Assembly: GCA_001643675.2 (NCBI GenBank)
Contig: LSRY02000003.1
Span: 930,001 to 994,000, forward strand
Source of the DNA: Monocercomonoides exilis PA203
Lineage: Eukaryota > Protista > Preaxostyla
Length of the DNA stretch: 64,000 nt
Direction of reading: 5' to 3'
Shown: piece by piece, positions 47,601 to 59,200 of the stretch
Layout of the letters: each line of letters opens with the position of its first letter
Position numbering within the stretch: the stretch's first letter is position 1
Translations under genes and position numbers: made by a program
Notes under the pieces: model-generated
What the model saw: the letters and a program-made list of their open reading frames with translations, nothing else
What the model was told of the DNA's origin: nothing
The model's database searches: none

Positions 47601-49642
47601 TGTTCCTTCGCTTTTCATGAAAAGTCAAAAAGTGCAAAGCATTGTGAAGATGTATTTGAAGAAAAAAGGAGCAAAAGAGGCAGAAGTTTCGAATGACAAG
47701 GATAAATCAAACATTTTTGTGCCAAAACGAGAAATCAACAAATATGAATCTATTCGTCTTCTGCGGAAGCTTGCACGTGAGTGGAGTGTGACGATTGCGA
47801 TGCAGCGGCTTATGGAGAGTGGGAAAGAAATAGTATCAAAAGTGGCGACTGTCTCTCGAATGGGCAGAAACGAGGTGGAAGAGAAAGCAGCCATTGCGTT
47901 TGAGATTGCCGAGTCCTGTGTGGGGAATCCTGTGCAGAGGCTGGCTTGGATGGAGCGTGTGGTGATGATGCAGGAGGAAGCTGGCTGCATCGAGCAGGCA
48001 GCTATTGCACAGGTGATGCGGTGTGCTATCATCTTGGAGATCTACACTGCTCTTGTTGCTTTGGGATATGCGGAAAAGCCTCCATTTTTTGATTTTGCGT
48101 TCAATGTGGAGACACTCACGAACGTTGCATCTCAGACAAGTTTGACTTCAAATCAATCACAAACTTCTTCATCCTCAATGAACCCATTGGCCTCTCATTC
48201 TCCAATGTCATCACCAGGCACTGGCTCAGGAACAGTATCAACTCTCCAGTCCGCAAATTCGTCTGTTTCTTCCTCATCCTCTGCTTCCTCTCAGAGCTAT
48301 CGTTTCTGCCCTTCCTCTGTCTTCTCCCCGGCCATTGCCGTTGCATTCAGCAGGGCGATTGTTGGGTGGGAGGCGCATAGAAACCAGAGCGCTGCTGTGC
48401 TGCTGAGCGGAGACTTGCTCGCGGAGATTATCCAGAGCGGCACATTCACTTTGGACTCAGCAAAGGCAGAGATGGAAAGATGCTTGGCTCTGCTGCGCCG
48501 GGCGATGCTGTATGAAATGGAGCTGAGCCTCTCAGAGGTGCTGCTGAAGCTCATTCAGTGCACTTACGACATCCGGCAGATGTCAACGCTCCTCAAACAG
48601 ATGCAAACAGCTGCCGAGTCGCTTGCTTCCAGCGAGGGATCTACAAGAACGGTGCATTCGTTCTATCATCTGCTCTTTTTGGGAAAGCCGTTTGATGCGC
48701 TGAACCTGAACAAGCGGAGGTTCATCTGGTGTGAAAGTGGGATTGTGCGTTTGGGGGAGATGATGGAGCTGCTGAGGAAGAGATATGAGACAAAGCTGTT
48801 TAAAGAAGGTGCTTATGGGGCAGGCACGAAGGGAGGAGAAGAGAAAAAGAGAACGATTACAATAAAAGGTGAGATCAGGGCAAAAGAAAAGGACAAAATT
48901 ACTTCAGAAAGCGAAGAAGCTTACATCATTCTAAATGCAGTGTGTCCTGAGAGTGCAGTGGGCGAGGAAATGAAGAAGCTCGACTCATCACTCAACCAGC
49001 AGATCGTCAGGAAGTTTTCATACGACCGAGGCTACACAGCCTCAGGCTTGCCTGCCAAGTCGATGGCAGATGCCTGGCTGTGTCGCACCACTCTGAGTGT
49101 CCAGGTTTCCTTCCCGTTTCTTAGCAAGCGGCAGGAGGTGGCTTCAGACGGCGTGTCGGAGGTTCATCTGAATCCAGCGCAAAATGCGGAGTCTGACGTA
49201 AGGCAGAAAATGAGGAAAATACAAGAGGCATACAGCGAGCAGCCTTTTCTTATTTCGAAGCTGGAGCCGTTGCTCAGCGGATCATTGACTCCACGTTTGA
49301 TTTTATTTATTTAATTTTTTTCATAATTTTATTTTATTTTATTTTATTTTGATTATTTCTTTGTGAATAAAATTCTTAGAGGTTAATGCAGGGCCTTTGG
49401 CGATATGGGAATGCTTCTTAGTGGAGAAAAGGGAAGAAACGAGCGTTGAAGATCGGAAGCGCATCATGCAAGTGTTTGCCGAGTTTATGGAACTGTGCCG
49501 AATTTGTCTGGATAAGCACGGACGTCATTGTGCCTCAAAGGAACTGCACGATGTTTTTGTTGATGGCTTTAATAAATACGCTGATGAGCTGGAGAAAGAG
49601 GAAGGAATGTGCCACATTCGAAGAATTGATCACATTCTTTGA
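35614..49642 (+). CDS. DOCK-family (DOCK-C/D, zizimin-like) Rho/Rac/Cdc42 GEF, ~4,590 aa; exons 35614-35802, 35858-36115, 36173-36261, 36315-49294, 49380-49642 (true start uncertain)
   Basis: EPMFFSFCLYDVDKKEKLSEDFYYDF (DOCK-C/D N-terminal motif), RQPFGW, DHR-1 C2 (LLYLYPQ...RNVQLEV...YHSHPASFGDEVKIRLP..L.PTHHILFTFYHITCK, ~39350-39700), FSWFLFSLVWKS, DHR-2 (NPVQRLAWM, RKFSYDRGYT, RTTL...SFPFLSKRQEV, LNPAQNA, LSGSLTPQVNAGPL, the last formed across intron 49295-49379). Four GT..AG introns keep frame (13779 nt = 4593 codons). Confidence 0.9.
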
Positions 49643-50230
49643 AAAATTTTTAAAAATTCAAAATATAAAAGCAGAATTGTTATTTGTTTGAATGATGGAA
49701 AGAATGAGTAACTTTATTTTTAATTCGTGTTTTGTTTTGTTTATGAAATTTCTTTGATACTCTACTCAAATTTTATTTTTAAAACAAGAAAAAAAAATAA
49801 TTGAGTTTTATTGAATATAATTTCAGAAAATTTAAATTTTTTTATTGTAAATGTTGCTTTGTTGGAACAAATGATCAATAAAACGCAATGAATTTTTTAA
49901 AACTGAAAACTCCACATTAACAAATTCATGAAAAGACAAACATATTTAATAACAGAATCTTACTCATTCAAACTACAAAACATGTTTCTGTTTCTTTGAG
50001 TTTTTTTTTTTTTTTTTTTTCAAACTGAAACGGCACAGATACAAAATCATTCATTGTTCTAGTTCAAATTGTTCTTTATGAATAGAAAATAATTTTTCAA
50101 ATTATAAAAAAAATGTTGTTAATTATTGTGTTTTGAAAATATATTCATTTCAAAAATAATATGGGCCGCAGGAATTTTTCATTTCCCCATTTTTCCTGCA
50201 TCCGCAATTGTGTCGAGGAGCTTCCCCAAC

Positions 50231-53200
50231 ATGAAAGCCGCATGCAATATTGTTGCGTTGTTGTTGCTTGCTGCTTACTGCTTTAATGGAGAAGGCATCG
50301 CAAAAAGGCAATATCATCAAAAATGGAACAAAGAGATGCAGGAAGGCAAGATCAGCATTGCAGATAAAAATCACGATTACAACTTTAATTGTAACAATTC
50401 ATTTACAAAAGTTATAAAACCAGCTGCCAATCACATTTACAGTGTCCAAACAAGTCTAAATATCATCAATACCTCCTTGTGTGTGAGCCATCTCAACATC
50501 ATCCCTCTCGGTGACTGTCCACTCCTCACTGCCCAACACCACTCCGCTGCCTCCATCTGCTCCTCCACTTGCACCATCCACCCACCTTCCCTCACCAACA
50601 GCCACCACCACCACTGCCCCCTCTTCCTCTCTGCCCATGCCTCCCTCGCCCTCACAAACTTCTCCCTCACCACCCACCAACCTGCCATCCTCTCCTTCCC
50701 CCTCTTCTCCACCCCAAACAATCTCTTCCCAGATGCCCACTCCCCAATCCCTGCCTCCTTCTCCATCTCCCACTCCTCTTTCTCCTCTTTCGTCTCCCTC
50801 ATCCAGCCCTTCCTTTTTTCTCCTTCTTCCCTCTCTAACCCATCCCCTTCTCCATCTCCTTCCCTTTCCTCTTCTCCTTCATCTTTCTCATCCTCATCCT
50901 CATCCTCTTCTTTTTCTTCCCCTTCCCCTTCCCTTTCCCCTTCGATTTCCTCTTCCTCTTCCCCTCTCCATATCCATCACCAATCCCATCCCCACCTCCA
51001 AATCCACCTCAATCTCCATCTCTCAAACACCCTCTTCTCCAACATCTCCTCTCCCCAATCCCCTCTATCTCTTCCATCCCTTCCCTCCCACTCACTCAAT
51101 TCATTCATCTCAACCACTTCTTCCTCTTCTCTCTCTTCCACCAACACCAACGCCAATTCAACCCCCTCCTTCTCCCTTCACTCATCTCTCTCCTTCCACT
51201 CAACCATCTTCAAACACACCCACAACCCCATCGATGGAACCATCCTCCCCAACCTCAACAGCCCATCCACATCCCTCTCTGCCTTCAACACCTCTTTTCT
51301 CCACCAAACACGCTCTTCACAAAATGCTGCTGTTGTATATGTAGGAAATGAAACTCACAGAAAAACACCTGGAAGATTGACTTCGTTTGATGTGAACAGT
51401 CATAAATTTGAATGGTGCGAATGGAATGATTCAAATGGAGGAAACGATCATGGAGGAGCACTTAAAGTTTTTTGTGTAAATGCCAATCTCACAATCACTT
51501 CTTGTTCATTCAACAATTGTTCAACAAATGGGAATTATGGTGGAGCGTTATTCAGTTACTGTTTGCAAAATGAGAATATTGCAAAATCCAATTTTACAAA
51601 CTGTTCGGCATTGCACGGAGGGGCAACTGCTATAGATGGTCGACAATCATCTTTTATTTATTCATTTTCTGATAACAGAGTGGAAAATTGTTCAATAACT
51701 AGCATTTATGGAACTGGATGGTATTTCTATATTGGTGATTTTTCTTCAAACGGTCAATTCTTATTCACTAAATGCAAGTGCATCTCAAATTCTGGTGGAG
51801 ACTCTACGGGTGCTTTAACATTTTATAATCCTCCAGGAAACAAACCAAATCAATTTTTGGTTAATGATTGTCGGTTCATAAACAACAAATTGACAAGTGC
51901 ATCTTCCACACGCGGTGGTGCAGCAATGTGTTTTTATCCTCCTTATTCCTGGATGAATGATGTAAAATTCATAATTTTCTGCTTTTTTGATGGAAATACC
52001 GCAACTAATGGAAGGGGCAATGATGTGTTCTTCAATGGCAGCAGCATCACCCAATCTCCTTTCCAGCAATGTGGATCAACAACAGAATCAAAAAGAGTCT
52101 GGAATAATGGACAAGCAGATAATACCGTGTATAATGGCTGGCTTCCGATCATCGACCAGAACAAAATAGTCTCAAATGGTGGAAGTGATGTCGATGCCTG
52201 TGGCAAAACACAGCAAAGTCCATGTGCCACAGTGGAGTATGCTCTCGGATGCGTTGCTCCCTTCAGCGATGCCTCCCTCTCTCTTCTCATATCCACTTTC
52301 ACTCCCACAAAGACTCTCACATTCCGTGCCCCAAATACAAGAATCACAGGAAATGGCACAGATACCACCATTATCGCCTCCAGTGGCATTCACCAACCAC
52401 AAAACCCACATTCACAGTCATCACAAACAACATCATCATTTTCTTCATTTTCATCAATATCAGCATCTTCTTCACCAGATCCATCTGCCTCGTCTGCCCT
52501 CTTCCAACAGACCCAGGGCTCCCTCACAATTTCTGCCCTCGCCCTCGCCCACAACTCCACAAATCCCATCACCCCCATCCTCTTCCACCTCTCCCAAAAC
52601 TCCCCTTCCCTCAACCTCAACACAACCACCATCACCGGAACAACCTCCATAACAATAAAAACACCCCTCTTCTTCCTCACTGCTGGCTCCCTCGCCCTCA
52701 ACCACACAGCAATCACCAGTCTCGCCCTCAACAGTCAAAGCATCTTCCACCTCACCTCCCTCATCGCTCCTCTCACCCTCAACTCCTCCAACATCACCCA
52801 CATCACCTCCACAGCCTCCCCCACCAGCTGTGTCCTCTCCTCTGCCACCTCCCCTGCCCTCTCCCTCTCCCTCGCCAACTGCACCATCACAAACATCAAC
52901 TCAGCTCCACAAAACCAACAGACTGCCACAGATGGCGGGTGCATCTCATTCGCCTCATCTGCCCCTGCCAACTCCTTTTCAGTGAGTGACACAATCTTCT
53001 CCACCTGCTCTGTGAGCGAGGATACAAGTTCTGGAGGAAGAGGCGGTGCTCTCATGATCGAGTTCAATGAAGGCTCACAAGTGTCAGAATCCTCCTTTTC
53101 CATAACCAATATTGTGTTTTCAGCCAACAAAGCGAGTGTTGGAAGAGATATGTATTTTGTGTGTGAATCATTTGTCGCTTCTGTGAAAGAGCCCTTGTTC

Positions 53201-56200
53201 GCCTTCATGAGAAGCATCACTCAGAAAGACAACTCAGTTGTTGGACATGACAGAACAGAGGCATTTGGCGATTGGGACGTTGATTTGTTCATATTTTTTG
53301 ACGGTTTCTTTGATGATACAATATATGTTGATGGAACATCTGGAGTGGAGAGGGCATATTGTGGACTGGAGAAGGTGCCGTGTTTGAATGTGAATTATGG
53401 GATGGAGCGTTTGAAAAAAACGCTGAATGTTAAAGAGGAGATTGTTGTGTGCGAAAAATCGTCTTTAACTGGATGTGTGGATGTGGGGGAAATGTGTGTG
53501 AAAGCAAAAACTGAGGCAATTGTGGAAATTGAATGCCAAGGACAAGTGAGTGGATCAGAAGTCTGTATTCTGAAATCATCATCTCTGACAGAAATGGAGT
53601 TCATTGGAATTGTTATTCCATCGAGTTTTAACAGAACAATCACATCAGTGATTGAATCAAATACTCAAAATGGTGAATTGCGCATGAAGAACTGCGCAAT
53701 GAGTGTGATTGGAGGGAAGGGAAACACAATTGGGTTTTTCTTGATCAAATCAACAGGGAAGATGATTGAACTGGATTCTGTCACGATATCAGATGTAAAA
53801 TCCACTGTTTCATTGTTTTCAATTTCGCTTTCGTCTGGAAATGTGAATGATCAGAACTACAAGATGAAACTGTTGAATTGCACACTGGAAGGTTTAGAGA
53901 TTGATGGAGGTGAAGAGGCAACAGTGTTTGGAGGGAGTGTGGGAGTTTGGATGGTGATGAATGGAAGTACAATTGATGGGGCATTGTCGGAGAAGAGCAA
54001 AGAAGGAGGAGCACTGAAGATAGTGTTGAGTGCAGAAGGATACATTACAATTGAAGAGAGCTCATTTGTTGGATGTGTTTGTGAGAATATGAGTGAGGGA
54101 GGTAAAGGAGGAGGGATATATCTGGATTGCAGTTCATATGAAGAAGCATTTCAACTTTCATCGATATCATTTTCTGGATGCTCAGCAACAGTTGGGAAGA
54201 ACATGTTTGTGAAGAGTGGGAATCTGGTAAACAGTGTGAATGCAGAGCGTTTTGCATTTGATTGTTCAGATTTCGAAGAGGATGGGAATGCATTTGTTGG
54301 GGAAGATGGGAAATATGGAGAAATGGATCTGCGAGTGTTTCTTGTTTCTTTGAAGTGGATGGCTGTGTCTGTATCGACTGGTGGACACGACACATTGGGA
54401 TGTGGAAGTGAAATATTCCCATGTGAATCGATGAAAAGTGGAATTGACCACATTGACAGAAGTGGGACAGAAGGAGAAAGGAAAGTGAAAGTGAAAGATG
54501 AAGTGACAGTTGAAGATATTTATTCCTTCACAGATGCACTTGCGATTGATGGATGTGTGAATGAGGGAGATGAAACCAAGCACAAGCCAATTCATTTTGA
54601 AGGTCCAATCAAAGGGAATTCTGCATCATCTGTTATTTCATCAATTCAGCCACTCGGCTTGTTATCTTTGAAGTTACAGATTCCAAGTCAATTTGAGCCA
54701 AATATGAATACGCTGATCTCATCGAGTGGGATTCTTCAGCTCGTTAACTGTTTATTTGAAATTCAATCAGCAACAAATATTATTCAATATTCGTTGATAA
54801 CCACAACAAGTGGAAGTTGCACATTGAATGGATGCAGTTTGGCGGATTGTTCGTTTGTCATATCTCCATTGGTATTAGCTTCTTCTGTTATATTTGAAAA
54901 CATCAACTTTACAAGTATTGCAAACACTGGAAGCGGTGAAGGAGGTGTTGCAAAAGTGATATTGCAAGGGAATGAAGATTTGATCATTAGATCAACAAAT
55001 GCATCTTCTTGTTCGCTTTCAACAGGAAATGGAAAAGGAGGATTCTTGTATTTGGATTGTCAAAATTGTTTGAATGAAAATCCATTTATTTTTGATACTG
55101 GCGTAACATTTGAGAACAACAATGCAACTTTTGGAAAGAATATGTTCATTTTGGGAAAGGATTTTAATTCTTCTGTAACAAATGAGTCATTTGCCTTCGA
55201 TTATTTATCAATGATAAATGATGACAATTTGTTTGTGGGAAGTGATAACTTTCACTCAAACAAAGATTTGTTCATGTTTCTGATTCCATACAACTCAATG
55301 GAGATATTTATCTCATCAGAAGGATTTGATGTGGCGCGTTGTGGAAGTGAGGAAGAGCCATGCAAAACGATGTGGAAAGGGATGAAAAATGTGGAAAAGG
55401 AGATTGGAAATAAAACAATTCAAATATCAGGATCAACAATTATTCAAGATTCATTCAACATGTCCAATTATCAGATCAAAAAGGGTGTAAAGATGGGAGA
55501 GGAAGATACAAAAGCAATGTTGAATTTTGAAAAGGCAATTGGAAGTCAACTGGAATATATCATGGTGAATGATGTTCATCTTGAATTGGCAAATATCAAA
55601 CTGCAACTGTCATCTGGGTTTGGCAACTCAGCCAAAACGATTATTTCAAATAAAAATGGAGATTTGGTGATAAGTGGATGTTCATTCTATTCAGAAGCAG
55701 GAGTGAACAATGGATTTGATTGTGTATTTGTGGATGCGATTGGAGGCAGTGTGGAAGTGAACGATTTGTCAATTGAATTGTGCAATGTTGGAAACAGCAT
55801 TTTTGTCATTCATGATGCTGGAGTTTCTTGTTATTTCTTGAATGTTCGAGTGGAATTGTTGAATGAAAGTGGAGGTTGCATTTTATCGATCAAGAAATCT
55901 GAACAAGGATTGAAGATAAATGAAGGAGTAAATGAAGATGGTGCAAATATTGAGATTGGCAATTCATCATTTTCAGGAGTGAAGAGAAGTGACAATGGAC
56001 CAAGCATTTTAGAATCGAAGAGTGACAAAAAGATAGATTTGGTTGTGAAGGAGAGCAACATTACAGAAGACAAATCAGAAAAAAGTGAAAAAGGAGGTGC
56101 AATATACTTCACATTGGGATCGTCTGGTTCAATGAAGATGATTGACTCAACAATCACTAATTGCAATTGCAGTATTAGTGAAGGGAAAGGAGGAGGGGTG

Positions 56201-59200
56201 TATCTGGCAACAGATGAAAGAGGAGAATTGAATTTTTCATTTGTGGGTATGAAATTCAGTGCAAACACAGCAAAAGTGGGGAATGATATTTTCATTGAAT
56301 GCTTCAACATCACATCGCAGATCGATGAAACCCAATTTCAATTTGATCTTCGAGAGAATCATTATTCACGAATTAATGCGATATATGGAATTGATAGTTG
56401 CGAACACAAAGAAGATACAGATCTGATTGATTTTGTAACGATTCATCAGAGTGATACAATTGTTGTGAGCAGTGCGGTTGGATCGAATGACAGACAATGT
56501 GGAACAAATGCTCTTCCATGTGATTCAATTGAGCATGGGCTGGTGCATCTGACATCTGAATATGTGAGTCTATTGTATGTTGACGCTGAGAGTGTGATTG
56601 GAAGAGAAATAAATCTGGAGGAGATGAGTTTGAGCTCGAAAAGCAGAGGTTTGTGTGAAGTTGAAGTGAAATCAGGAATTGAAAGAACGAGAGAGACTTT
56701 GATTTCAACAAGAGAAACAGTCTCATTGGTGAGAGTGAACTTTGTATTTGATTCGAATTTCATCTCTTCTCATGAATCATTTATATCACCAGAAGGAGGA
56801 ATCCTTGAAGTGATGAATTGTTCATTCAGTTCAAAACTACTGGTGGAAGATGGAAATGCAGAATTTGCAAACATTCCATTTCGCATAATTTATATGGAAA
56901 AAGGAGAATTACAACTCGATGGATGCACAATATCAAATCTTATTCTTCATGAATCTGCATTATTTCTCTCATCACCACTTTCATCAGTAATCGATTCATT
57001 AACGATTTGCCATTCGACAATTTCAAAATCTCTGGTAGATATTAATGAGTGCGGGCAATTGAAAATTGATAGACTGCTTGCTGAAAATATCACAGTTGAT
57101 GGAAATGAAGAATCATTGATATATTGCCTGTCAATGAAAAAGACAATTCAATTGGCAAATTGCACAATGGAGAAAACAACTTCAAAGGCCACAAAAGGTA
57201 AATTGATGAAAATGGAGAGTTGCGCAGATGTGAAAATGGACAGCTGCATTTTTGATGGGAGTTCAAAGGAAAGAAATGAAAAGAATTCAAATACAGAAGA
57301 AGAGATGTGCAGATGGGAAGGTTCTCTTGTGGATGTTGTGAAGAGTTCTGTGATAGTGAAAGATACAACAATTTCGAATTCATCAGAAGGTGGAATAACA
57401 ATGAGTGGAGGAAGTGTGATAATTGAGATGGGGTTATTTGAGAACAATAATCCATCGATTGAAGGATATCCATCATTGAGAAGAAATATCATCTGCTCTG
57501 ATTCAGGAACGTTGAATGTGATGAGTTTGAAGGGAGGAGATGGAGTTTTGCCAAATGCATCACTTTGTATGTTGAATGAAGGGTGCAGTTTTGAAGGGAT
57601 TGTTTCAGAGAGAGATTCATCATTCTTCATTCCTGATCTTGAGAGTGTGGAAGCAAAAGAAGAGTCACACAGAATGAAGCTGACATTCAAAGGATTTCTT
57701 CTTGTTCCATGCAATCTGTCATTCTCAGTTGTGAAGAGGAAGGGAGAAGAGAAAGAGATTGAACATTATGATTTTGATATGGAAGGATTCTTGTCAGAAA
57801 GAGAAGCAGAAGGAAGTGTGGCAAGAGATCTTATCAGCAGTTGTGGAGATGATGTTGAGGTGAGTGTTCATATTTTGTTTGGGAATTCAAATTCTCCTTC
57901 ATCAACAAATTCATTCATTCTGAAGAACAGAAGTGAGGTTGAACCAAAAGGAGATGAAAAACTCGTTGAAGGAGGAAAAGAAGGAAAATCTTATTGGTTG
58001 TTGATTGTGATTGTGCTTGTTGTGATATTGTTTATTATTCTGATAGGATTTGTTGTTGTATCAATTCGATGGAGAAAGGCAAAGAATGAGAACAAAGATC
58101 TGAGAGAGATTGTGAACGATAACATCAGAAAAGATCCGAAGGCATTTGAAATGGTGACGATGGAGATGTCGCCTGAGGAGCAGTGGAGGAGGGCAGAGAG
58201 GGAGGCAGAGAAGAACAATGAAGAGAGGATAAAGAAGGGAATTTATGGAAAGAAAATGCATCATTCTGAGTCTTCGGAATATCTTTTGGCTGAAAGTGGA
58301 TCAACGGAATACATTTTTGGAAAAGATTCTGATAAAAATGGAGAATGGGATTTGGAGAAGGAAGAAGAAACGAGAAAACAAACTCCATCACTATCAATCT
58401 CATCAGCAGATACAGACACAACATTTGTTCGGAGAGAGGATCTGTGCCCCACCACTTCATCGATGTCGAATCTGGTGGATGCAATGGCCTGTTCATCGCC
58501 TTATGAAAAGCTGATTGTGGATCTGCGAGATTCGTTGTTCATGTTGCTTCATGGGAGGAGTGAGAAGAAAGATCTGGCGATTGGCACATTGAAGGAGAGG
58601 GAGGTGACAGGAGCGCAGATGCTGTTCTGGGTGGCGAATGGAGCTTTGCACTCGCTTGAAGATGAGGAAGACGAACTTCCCTCTTTGCGAGAGCTGAGTC
58701 CGCACATTGTGCTGTTCTCGGAGCACATGGTGATCTGCATTGCGCTCCACTCCGACTGCTCCTCTTCATCTGATGATTCGGATTCTTCCTCAATCTCATC
58801 ATCAACCACGATTGTGACATCTGCAAGTGATGGTGGTGATGATGATGATGATGAAAGTGATTCTCTTCCACCATCAGCGTTTGAGGATGAGGAGGATAAG
58901 TGGAAGGAGTGCTTGAGGTGGAAGGCGCCAGAGCTGGTGATGAACAAGAAGATGGGAGCAACAGAGAAGTCTGTGGCATTCTCGATTGGGATGATGCTGT
59001 GGGAGTGTGTGACACTCGAGATCCCGTTTGGAGAATACGAAGGGGAAGTGGCAGGGCAGAAGATTGCTGATGGAGAGAAGCCGGATGAGAGGGGGGTTGA
59101 AGAGAGCGGATTGAAGAATGTGGTGAATGCGTGTCTGTCAGCAGAGCCATCGAAAAGGCCGACACTCACTGAAGTGAAGAAAGAGTTGGTTGGGCTGTTT

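Noticed and set aside
36434-48554. Alternative-frame poly-Leu, poly-Glu and poly-Phe ORFs in the DOCK and dynein genes
   Set aside because: Shadows of TCT/TCA serine runs.
50126-50230. TTG-initiated N-terminal extension of receptor 2
   Set aside because: ATG at 50231 directly precedes a signal-peptide-like segment; a eukaryotic TTG start is unlikely.
22478-57927. Diversity-generating retroelement (TR/VR) or CRISPR explanation for the repeat pair
   Set aside because: Mismatches are not adenine-specific, both copies are coding, and there is no reverse transcriptase or repeat-spacer array in the window.
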